DNA of 40,655 nucleotides. It comes from Stramenopiles sp. TOSAG23-2 (Eukaryota). Location of the stretch: assembly GCA_900128395.1 (NCBI GenBank), contig LT649307.1:1-40655 (forward strand), read 5' to 3'. Both the position numbers and the translations under genes were made by a program. The notes beneath the pieces were generated by a model that was not told where the DNA came from, made no database searches, and worked only from the letters and a program-made list of their open reading frames with translations. Shown here one piece after another: positions 18,911-28,800 of the stretch. The first letter of the stretch is position 1. Each line of letters begins with the position of its first letter.

Positions 18911-21900
18911 ATGGCGGAAGTGAAAGATTCTAAAGCTGGGTTACCAACAGTAACTACTGCGATCAATGCAGAAGCATCAACAGGGAAGAAAATTGTGGCA
19001 CAATTTGGTGCGTTAATGCGAAAAAATTTCTTAGTACAAAAACGAAATGTAGGTGCAACACTTGCACAACTATTTGTTGGTCCGTTGTTCCTAATTGTGC
19101 TATTCATCATATCCGAAGCTATCAAAATCAATCAAAGTGGCGTGCAAGAGATCCAATTTGTAGAGCATCCTAAACCAATTGAACCATCAACAGTTCCTAC
19201 TTGTACTCCATATGAGGGAAAAGAATGTTATGATTTTGCATACGCACCGAAGACCGCAGCTACAGATAAATTTGTTAAATCAATGCGAGAAGCAAGTGGC
19301 ATTCCTGAAGGGAAAGTGTTCGGAATTACTGGTAATGTAAACAAATGGCTGTTGGCAAATGAAAATAAGACTAGACTGGTATTGCACTTACCATCTGGCG
19401 ATGATTTATTTTCTACTAGTATGTTTGCACCTGGGGATGGGATCCCAACGAAAACGTTTGAATATACCATACAAATGAATCAAACTGGGGAACCAAATTT
19501 TTTCTCTGCTTTTGGTAGTGATCCAGAACCAATGGAAATTGAGTATCGTGCTCCAATGCAAATGTTAGTACAAACGGCGCTTTTAAGATATTACAATATG
19601 TCAGAAGCATATGTAAAAACAGAGTATAAAAATTTTCCTCATCCGGCGATATTAGTTGGATACGATGCTGTTCGTGATAGCGGTGCGACATTGCTATTTA
19701 TAGCAGCTGCATTTAATTTTGTAGTTCAAATGTATTTAATCGTCGAAGAGAAACAACATAAGTTAAGATATGCAATGGAAAAAGTTGGAATGTACGATTC
19801 GTTGTATTGGATAACATGGTATGTATTTGATTGCTTGGTAAATCTTGTAGTAGTTGGGAATTTAATGCTATTTGGCCTTATGTTTAATCTTGAATTATTT
19901 CATGAAACATCAGGTGGTTTAACGTTCTTGCATTTTTGGCTCAGTGCATGTTCATTTACTGCAGTTGGATTTTGCCTGGCATCTTTGTCATCGAAAGTCG
20001 AAACGGCGACATCATTTGGATTGCTTTACTTTTGCATTTGCTATTTATTTGGACCAATCTTGTTTACCATTTCATTTTCAAGTGGTGCAACGGATCCCGT
20101 GAAAATTATTCGTGATACCCTTTTAATCGTCCCTGCATTTGGACCAGCTGCACTTTTCTTCGGCGGATTAGAGAAGCTTATTGATGCCTCATCGGGGCAA
20201 AGTAATACTGGAATGGAATGGGTTGATCGATTCAACAATGTTTTGCCACCATCCGAAGATGCAAATGAATGGAGCTTTGAAAATTTCTTCACATATCAAC
20301 TAATCATGATAGTATATCATTTATTACTCGCATGGTATTTCGACAATGTCTTGCCAAACGCATATGGCCGCAGAAAATCACTTGTGTTCTTCTTGAATCC
20401 ACGATATTGGTGTGGACAACGTGCAGTCATTCCAAAACAAACTGACGCGACTTATATACCAAAAGAGGGCGAAGATGAAGATGTAACAAAAGAGGCAAAT
20501 CGCATAATGAACCGAGATTGGGAAGAGGGTTCTGCACCTGCTATTATATTAGAAGGCTTTTCGAAAACCTTCTTTGCTGGTATGTGTAATTCTGGTGAGG
20601 GATTCAAAGCGGTTGATGAAATTACGTATGGAGTAGAACAAGATTCCGCATTTGTACTGCTTGGTCACAATGGAGCAGGAAAAACGACTACGATTAATAT
20701 GTTAGTTGGCAATTTAGAAATTACAAAAGGAACCGGGTTAGTCGTTGGTTACAATGCCAAGACACAAATGAGATCAATTAATCAAATTATGGGAGTTTGT
20801 CCACAACACGATATTTTATGGCCAGGTTTAACGGGAGCGGAGCATTTAGAACTTTTTTGTCGTTTGCGTGGAATGAGCGAGGAGGAAGTTGCAAAGGAGA
20901 CACAGCAAAGGCTCAAAGATGTGTTATTAGATGATCCAAAAGTTCGCAATACGCCTGCTCGTGCATATAGTGGTGGTATGCAAAGGCGTTTATCAATTGC
21001 TATCTCATTGATCGGTAACCCCAAAGTTGTTTACCTAGATGAACCAACGACTGGAATGGACCCTGTCACACGCCGTGAAGTATGGGATATGATTCAAAGA
21101 GCAAAGAAAGGTCGAGTTATTGTCCTAACAACTCACAGTATGGAAGAAGCTGATGTTCTTGGTGACAATATTGGTGTTATGAGCCATGGGAAAATACAAG
21201 CATTTGGTTCATCGACGAGATTGAAAAAACGTTTTGGCTCTGGTTACAAAATGACGGTTTTCATTGACAATCCGCTGAAAGAGAAAGAAGCAACAGAATT
21301 TTTAAAAAATTTTGAAGACAGTAATCTTGGCTTAAAAGTTAGTTGCACAGTTGAAAGTCGTGTGCCTCGTGGAGAAAACCAAGGCCCTGTTCTTTTCTTA
21401 TCACTTCCAAAAGTGGAAAATGAATTGACAATGACACCTTTTTTCAAGGCATTGGAAGAACGCAAGGAAGAATTTGGTATTGGTGATTTTTCAGTTGGGC
21501 TTTCAACTCTTGAAGAGGTCTTCTTGGAACTTTCAAAACGTGATCATTTTATTCCAGGTGTGACTAAGCAATATATTACACAACAATGTTCAATTGCTGG
21601 CTTAGAAGTAACTGCAGGCGCTGTTATTGCTACTCCAGATCAATGGGGCCGTACTCATAATTTGACGATTACTGATGAGCATATTAAAGCGGGTGTGATC
21701 AATTTTCAAGTTGAAATTCCAAAAGAGGAAGGAAAAAATGAAGCAGCGACTGACGCTAATAAATTGGAGGTTGATGTGAAAGAAAGGATACGTGGCACAA
21801 GGGTTCCCGTCTCGTTTCAAGCCAAAGCTTTATGCATTAAAACATTACAATGGCAAAGAAAACACAAATGCCAATTGTTAGCTAATATTTGTTTCCCTAT

Positions 21901-24900
21901 TTTCATCTGCTTAGTTGCTTTTCTAATTGAAGTACTTTTAGTTTCATTAATTCGAGAAGAAACTCTTTGTGGTACCGGTGTGAAATACAAAGATTGCAAA
22001 GAAAAAGGTTACAATTTGACGTGCGTTGAAAAACGTTTAATGGACCAATATGAATTTAAACAATCTGTTCCATTAACAGTTGGTGAAATTGATTATTACG
22101 GCTTTGGTGGTATTGGCATTAATCCAAATTGTGGTACTGACGAATCTGGAGATCGTACTTGTTTCGACGGAATTGAGAAACCAAGATTTGATAAAATCTT
22201 ATCAACTTCAGCTGGTACTGGACCAACGCGAACAATCACTGAGGATCCAGAAGTCAAATCAGTGTACCAAAAATTTCGAACTTTAATTGCATCCAGCAAA
22301 TGTGTACAAGAATACAATGCTGCTTTACGATGCCAAGCTCAAGGACGTGGGGCAAGCAACTCGTATTGCTCTGAGCGACGAGGTGATAACAAATGCCAGA
22401 AGGAATGCCGTGAAGTAAATAAAGTAAAAGCAAAAGCTGAAGCGGCTGATGAAGCAAGTTTAGCTCAGCAATCGAACCCATTATCTTCATGTTTGCCAGA
22501 AGAAGGAACACGACGTCGATTACAAACACATGAGCGCTATGGTGATAGCAAAGGTAGGAGAATGCTAGAATTGACAAAAGAGGAACAAGAATATTATGAT
22601 ATATATTTGAAAATTAAAGATAAAAAAATTGCATGTGACAAAGAATTTATGGTAGAGATTGCAAAGATACTTGATAACAACGGAAAAAATATAGCAGGCA
22701 AAATAGCAACAGCGAAGGGAACCATAAAAGCAACTGGTGTCTATGAAAATATGAGAGCAACAAATCCTCCAGGTTCTTCGTATGGTCAAATGTTTTCTGA
22801 GGAGCCAATTTTAGATGAAGGTGTTAGCCAGTTCTTAGGTGCAATTAAAGATCAATTGAACAAAGCAGGGTTGACTATAGTAATAGAGGAACATCCTGTA
22901 GGATATAATACAACAACTAATAAAACAACATATGAGAATTTTACACGCTATCAAACTGGTGCACCAGGTGGTCCAGTAGCATTTTGTAGATCCATTCGAC
23001 GAGAAGAAATGTCAGTGTTTCAAAAATTAGTTTTTGGTGATAAGCATTTAAAATCAAACATAACAAAAATATTTTCAAAAGATACGACTTCTCCAACTGA
23101 CTTTGCAATTGATAATTTCTGTTCATTAATGTTAAACCTGGATGTTGCTCGAGGTCTATCGTTTGAAAATGTTGCTAACACGGAAGCACTAGATGATGCT
23201 TTGTATAAACGTTGGAATGGAAGAGAAGTAGGCCCTGAATATGATGAATTGGTTAAAAAACAGAAGACACTTGGGTACCGCTGGCATTATTATGATGCGG
23301 ATTATGCTGCAATTGACTGGAAGAAATACGACGATGCCAAAGGCCAATATTCTTACACACTTTATCACAATACAACTGCAACAGAAAGAGTTGATACCCA
23401 AAATTGGATGGCTTTAAGTCAATGGGTCAATAATGCAATTTTAAGAAAACAAAAAGACATACAATCTTCTATGATGACACAAAGATTTCCAGTGAAATTC
23501 AAATGTAATCGCGATGAGTGGCTAGATGATAGAGAAAGTGGTAAGACTCCGTTGGATTGTCCAGCGTTGCTTTTTAGTTTCTTGAGATTGAGTATTGTAG
23601 ATTTTTTCATGGAATCATTTATGCCATTTTTCATGATTGTTTACGGATATTCTATGACAGTTTTATTAGCGTATGAAAAAGAGCAAAAGTTAAAAATCAT
23701 AATGAAAATGCAAGGTTTAAAGATGTCGGTTTACTTCTGGGTGAATTACTTTTATTTCCTTGGGCAATTTATGTTACTTTGCTTCATAATTTCTCTTTTT
23801 GGATATATTGCGAAAACAAATTTGTTCCGTTTGCACGATTATGGAGTGATGTTAACTTTTTTCTTCGTATGGGGAAACGTTTTAGTAGCATTTTTCATGA
23901 CTTTGGCAACATGCTTTAAAACAACTCGAATGGCTCAAACTATGACATTTATGTTTATCTTGATTTGTATTTACATTGGATCGACTGTCATTTATTCCAT
24001 TGTAGGGAACCCAAATGCCACAGAATCTTCGTATACGCTTATGATGATGGTGCCGCCATTTGTCATGATTCGATTATCGAATACACTAACTTTAGCTGCT
24101 GCAACCAATACTAAAATATCGATGGAGACTATGACTCAGATTAATAATGGTACGATAGGAATTGGATTGAACTATTTAATTGGGCATTGGTTTGTATGGA
24201 TGTTTTTGCGATGGTACTTGGAGCAAGTTTTAGCCGTGGGATTTGGTACTACTCGCCATCCATTATTCATATTTACTAAACAATTTTGGATGGAAGATGT
24301 GTTTGGCAATGAACAAGAGAAAAAGAAAGATGCTTTAAATATTGATAAACTTGAAAAGCTACCAGCCAGTGAAATCGAAAGTGGTCTCGAGTTACCACCA
24401 GATGTTGAAGCAGAACATCAAAGAATCATTGGTACCATGAGAAATGGCGAAGATACTTCTGACGCACTTCGAGTTGTTAACTTACATAAAAAGTTTGCTC
24501 CAATTGGAAATGCGCCAGCAAAAACGGCAGTTCGTTCTGTCTCATTTGGAGTAAAGCGACGTGAATGCTTTGGGTTGTTGGGTCATAATGGTGCAGGTAA
24601 GACGACCGTTATCAATATGATGACAGGGCTGTTTCCACCTACCTCTGGTACTGGACTAGTTGGTCAATACAATATTCAGAACAATATGGAAAATATATAT
24701 TCTGAGATGGGTATTTGTCCGCAGCATAATATAATATGGGGAGAGTTGACGGCGGAGAGTCATCAATACTTTTTCGGTCGTTTAAAAGGACAGAAAGGTG
24801 CAGCTTTGAAAAATGAAGTGAAACGCAATTTGGAAGCAGTCAATCTCGCAATGCCTAGTTTGAAAAATCGTGGTGCTGCTGGATTTAGCGGGGGGATGCA

Positions 24901-25537
24901 ACGGCGTCTATCGGTTGCAAATTCAATTGTAGGAAATCCTTCAGTTGTTTATATGGATGAACCATCAACGGGACTTGACCCAGCATCAAGACGGCAGTTA
25001 TGGGATGTCATTAGTAAAGCAAAAAGAGATAAATCTGTTATCTTGACTACTCATAGTATGGAAGAGGCTGATGTATTGTGTGACCATCTTGGAATTATGT
25101 CAGGCGGTAGATTGTTGTGCTTAGGACCTGCTTATGATTTAAAACGAAGATTTGGAAAAGGTTATACGTGTGTTGTTTCAACAAAAATTAAAAATCTTTC
25201 AAATCGTGATGAAATTCACAGCTGGATGACAGGAATGTTTCCTAGTGCAACCTTATTGGAAGAACCAATTAGTGGTACATTTAAATATGAAATTTCTCGT
25301 AAAGATGTCATTGTAAGTGATGCATTCGAAAAAATTGTTACTCAAAAAGATAGTGTTGGCGTAACGGATTGGGGATTTACAGAAACAACGTTGGAAGAGG
25401 TATTTTTAAAATTATCTCATTTACATGGAAATGAAAATCCACAAGATATGATAAGCGATAAAAAAGTTAAAAGTTCAAGTGACAATGTGAAAGAAGTAGA
25501 AATGACGGAGCAAAAACAAGACGACGTTGAAGCGTAA
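18911..25537 (+). CDS. Full-length ABC transporter, subfamily A
   Basis: 2208 aa with two TMD-NBD halves; LLGHNGAGKTT, GVCPQ/GICPQ, SGGMQRRLS, LDEPTTG/MDEPSTG, LTTHSMEEAD and TLEEVFL each occur twice. Confidence 0.97.
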   Translation: MAEVKDSKAGLPTVTTAINAEASTGKKIVAQFGALMRKNFLVQKRNVGATLAQLFVGPLFLIVLFIISEAIKINQSGVQEIQFVEHPKPIEPSTVPTCTPYEGKECYDFAYAPKTAATDKFVKSMREASGIPEGKVFGITGNVNKWLLANENKTRLVLHLPSGDDLFSTSMFAPGDGIPTKTFEYTIQMNQTGEPNFFSAFGSDPEPMEIEYRAPMQMLVQTALLRYYNMSEAYVKTEYKNFPHPAILVGYDAVRDSGATLLFIAAAFNFVVQMYLIVEEKQHKLRYAMEKVGMYDSLYWITWYVFDCLVNLVVVGNLMLFGLMFNLELFHETSGGLTFLHFWLSACSFTAVGFCLASLSSKVETATSFGLLYFCICYLFGPILFTISFSSGATDPVKIIRDTLLIVPAFGPAALFFGGLEKLIDASSGQSNTGMEWVDRFNNVLPPSEDANEWSFENFFTYQLIMIVYHLLLAWYFDNVLPNAYGRRKSLVFFLNPRYWCGQRAVIPKQTDATYIPKEGEDEDVTKEANRIMNRDWEEGSAPAIILEGFSKTFFAGMCNSGEGFKAVDEITYGVEQDSAFVLLGHNGAGKTTTINMLVGNLEITKGTGLVVGYNAKTQMRSINQIMGVCPQHDILWPGLTGAEHLELFCRLRGMSEEEVAKETQQRLKDVLLDDPKVRNTPARAYSGGMQRRLSIAISLIGNPKVVYLDEPTTGMDPVTRREVWDMIQRAKKGRVIVLTTHSMEEADVLGDNIGVMSHGKIQAFGSSTRLKKRFGSGYKMTVFIDNPLKEKEATEFLKNFEDSNLGLKVSCTVESRVPRGENQGPVLFLSLPKVENELTMTPFFKALEERKEEFGIGDFSVGLSTLEEVFLELSKRDHFIPGVTKQYITQQCSIAGLEVTAGAVIATPDQWGRTHNLTITDEHIKAGVINFQVEIPKEEGKNEAATDANKLEVDVKERIRGTRVPVSFQAKALCIKTLQWQRKHKCQLLANICFPIFICLVAFLIEVLLVSLIREETLCGTGVKYKDCKEKGYNLTCVEKRLMDQYEFKQSVPLTVGEIDYYGFGGIGINPNCGTDESGDRTCFDGIEKPRFDKILSTSAGTGPTRTITEDPEVKSVYQKFRTLIASSKCVQEYNAALRCQAQGRGASNSYCSERRGDNKCQKECREVNKVKAKAEAADEASLAQQSNPLSSCLPEEGTRRRLQTHERYGDSKGRRMLELTKEEQEYYDIYLKIKDKKIACDKEFMVEIAKILDNNGKNIAGKIATAKGTIKATGVYENMRATNPPGSSYGQMFSEEPILDEGVSQFLGAIKDQLNKAGLTIVIEEHPVGYNTTTNKTTYENFTRYQTGAPGGPVAFCRSIRREEMSVFQKLVFGDKHLKSNITKIFSKDTTSPTDFAIDNFCSLMLNLDVARGLSFENVANTEALDDALYKRWNGREVGPEYDELVKKQKTLGYRWHYYDADYAAIDWKKYDDAKGQYSYTLYHNTTATERVDTQNWMALSQWVNNAILRKQKDIQSSMMTQRFPVKFKCNRDEWLDDRESGKTPLDCPALLFSFLRLSIVDFFMESFMPFFMIVYGYSMTVLLAYEKEQKLKIIMKMQGLKMSVYFWVNYFYFLGQFMLLCFIISLFGYIAKTNLFRLHDYGVMLTFFFVWGNVLVAFFMTLATCFKTTRMAQTMTFMFILICIYIGSTVIYSIVGNPNATESSYTLMMMVPPFVMIRLSNTLTLAAATNTKISMETMTQINNGTIGIGLNYLIGHWFVWMFLRWYLEQVLAVGFGTTRHPLFIFTKQFWMEDVFGNEQEKKKDALNIDKLEKLPASEIESGLELPPDVEAEHQRIIGTMRNGEDTSDALRVVNLHKKFAPIGNAPAKTAVRSVSFGVKRRECFGLLGHNGAGKTTVINMMTGLFPPTSGTGLVGQYNIQNNMENIYSEMGICPQHNIIWGELTAESHQYFFGRLKGQKGAALKNEVKRNLEAVNLAMPSLKNRGAAGFSGGMQRRLSVANSIVGNPSVVYMDEPSTGLDPASRRQLWDVISKAKRDKSVILTTHSMEEADVLCDHLGIMSGGRLLCLGPAYDLKRRFGKGYTCVVSTKIKNLSNRDEIHSWMTGMFPSATLLEEPISGTFKYEISRKDVIVSDAFEKIVTQKDSVGVTDWGFTETTLEEVFLKLSHLHGNENPQDMISDKKVKSSSDNVKEVEMTEQKQDDVEA

Positions 25538-25869
25538 AAAACGTTAACACACATACATATATCACATGGTGTACGAATTGTGAATATTCTTGTATGATAT
25601 GATATTGTATCATTATGTGTTCGTATTATCGTATCATACAAAGTATCATATTGATATTCTTTTGAAGAGTAGGAATTATCATGAGTAAATTAAAACAATA
25701 AATTATGCGTAAATTAAATTATAACCAACAAATATTTTTTAAAACAGCATTATGATTACTACGAAGCCGTACGAACCATCTTGTAATGACATGATACGTA
25801 TATATTCTCCAGAGTAAATTCTCATCATAACATGCGTGACCACGTTCGTATCTCTCTTTCCAAATAAAT

Positions 25870-28800
25870 TTACCAAACATTTGATCCACCTGTTAATGAC
25901 CAACTCGAATTGGTTGCGCCGTTTGATCCGTTGTCGTTGCTTCCTGGATTATTATCACCCCACAAAGAAGTCGATATAGTATTTCCAACTCCACCCAACG
26001 GTAATTGCTGCTCCTGATGTTGTATAATACGATTGTCATTACTCGAGATACCACCATAATTGTTATTGCTACTATTATTCATCATATTATCGCCAATATT
26101 TGAACTAGCCATGGGAATTACCATGTTATTGCCACTAAAACCACTGCCACCAATTGGCGTTTGTGTTAAAGGTATTTGCTGCCTCTGCTGCATTTCCATA
26201 GTTGTGGAAACCGATACGTTTCCATATCCAGGCGGTGGACGATTTTTTGCATTTAAATTACCTCGTGTGTTAAGATGTGGTTGTTGATGTTGTTGCTGTT
26301 GCCACATTATATTTTGTGTACTATTCGTATTTACCATAGTTTGGTGTTGCAGATTTCTCGGAATATTATTACCTCCTCCATTATCACTTAAATTACTCCA
26401 ATTATTATTACCGTTTGAATTCATAACATTTTCCATTTGCTGCTGTTGTAACGCTTGCGGTCGCTGCAATGGCTCGGATACACTTCGTTGCATATTTGAA
26501 TTATTGATTCTACTATTTATATTACCAGGGTAAAATTGTTGTTGCTGTTGAATTGGCATTCTTTGCATGTTTTGTTGCATCATTTGTCGCTGCTGCATTG
26601 GCATTTGAGTAGATGAAATATTATTCCAATTACCATTTCCTTGTGAAGACAAGCTTGCATTATTGCTACGACGTACTTGTTGCCGTTGCATAGATGGTGG
26701 AATGTTGTGACCATTGTAATTTCTATGGTGGTGGTGCTGAGAGGAAGCTTCTTGTTGCCGTTGGTGCTGATGTTGTTGCTTATTAATTGATGAATGATTA
26801 CGATCCATATAGTCCATTTGCTGTTGAGAAACTTGTGAAGTCATATGCATCATTTGCGATGGCACATCGTTGTTCGCATTGTTACGATTTTGCTGTTGTA
26901 ACATTATGCGTCTACTTTGATCAAAATCATTATTACCACGTCTATGCTGATGTGGTTCTTGATGCTGTTGTTCTTGCTGCTGCTGTTGTTCTTGCCTTAA
27001 CCGTCCACTGAAATATTGTTGATGCTGTTGCTGTTGCTCCAGTTGCATTTGTTGCATGTTATTTGATTGCATGCTCTGTTGTTGCTGTGGATGCTGCATT
27101 TCTCCAACACCTGGATCTCCACTATTACTAAGCATATTACTTTCGATAGCTTGAAGTGTTTGAAATTGTTGTTCTTGCGACGGCTGCTGTCGTTTCCTGA
27201 TGCTATTATTGTGATATTGTGCTTGTCGTTGTTTCGGATTTGTTTCCACGTGTTGTTGTCTTGAGACTTTTCTATCAGAATTGTTAATTGACATTACATC
27301 CTTATTACTTCTAATGCCTGATGACTCAGGCAAAAACACAGAAGAAGACGCTATTGGGGATGTAACATTATCCTCTTCTTTGGAATCTTCATCTAATGTT
27401 AGTGGTTCACGAACACTTCGCTTGGTTATTTTCAGCTTCCGCGTTTGGTGCTCTTTTTTTCGAGACTCCGCGTATTTAATACTGCTTTCTCTTTCGTTCG
27501 TATTGCCTGCACGCTGCTTTAAGTTTTGCTGTGGAGGTGAATTAGGTGCAGATTGTACCAAAGAGGTTGGGGATGAATATGGAGAAGATTGTTTGCTGCT
27601 GTGCGGACTGCGATTCTTTCGTTGGTCGTTACCGCTCTCATACTTATTATTATTACCACCGGAAGATCTTGTACTCGTTTGCCGTTCAACATATCTATTT
27701 TTTGGATTCCTGTCGTCATATCTATTATGACTATTGAAACTATTATTGCGATTAGATGGCCTGCTGTTACTATTGTATTTATTATTATGATATTTCGATC
27801 TATTACTATAGGATGAACGATTATCGTGTGCATTATTCCCACTGTTTGTCTTAAATGTGTTTCTACCGCTAAATGACGTTGCATTACTTCGTTTGTGCGC
27901 GTGTTGTTGCACATCTGTCGAAGATGCTGCTTCATTTGGATCAAACGAAGCATTAAAAGAATGCCATAAATTAACACGGTTCGTATCAACAACCCGGCGG
28001 TTGTTCACATTAAATAATTCTATCTTTTCACCAGCAGGCTGAAGCCTGACTGTTGCGCCCAATTTTTCCAATGTTAAATTACAATATTGAAATGCATGTG
28101 AAGACATTTTTTTGTTTGATAATAGCTTTAATCTACCACCGTTCACACCACCTAACAATATTTCAAGACCCTTTTCTTGATCCTCGTCTTCATCATCGAC
28201 ATCAACTAAGATTTTTGTTGTTTGTGAAATTTCAAAATGTTTCAAATATAAACCTCCAGGACCTTCATACGTTTGCCGATCATATAAAGCATTGACTAAG
28301 TAATCCGTTTCATTGTCTAACTCAAGATGAAAGTTTTTACGATCTGGCGAATTTGGAACATTACTTTTCTTCGCTTTCGACGAATTCTTTTTCGACGTAC
28401 CTTTCTTGCTATTCGCTTTATTCGATGCCCATCCAGCTAGTGCCATGATATCATCATCATCGTCGTCCTCGTCGTCGTCATCATCATCTCCATCGAAATC
28501 ACTTTTGCCACCACCATCATCATTTTGTAAGTTGCTTCTACTATTGTTTTTCACCTTCGTATTTTTCTTTGTTTCTCCAACCTTACTTGACGCTACTTTG
28601 GTATTTGATTTTTGTTCCTCGACATGTTTGACTTTTCCTTTATTTTTTTTATTTGTTCCATTCCCTTCCCCTGCCGTTGTTGGCTCCTTCTGTACTTTAC
28701 CACCATCACTTCTGTTTTTCGTTGTTTTGTTCGTATCATTTGCATTCGACTTATTTTTGTTATTGCTAACATCGTTTTTATTCCCATCATCTTTCTTTTT

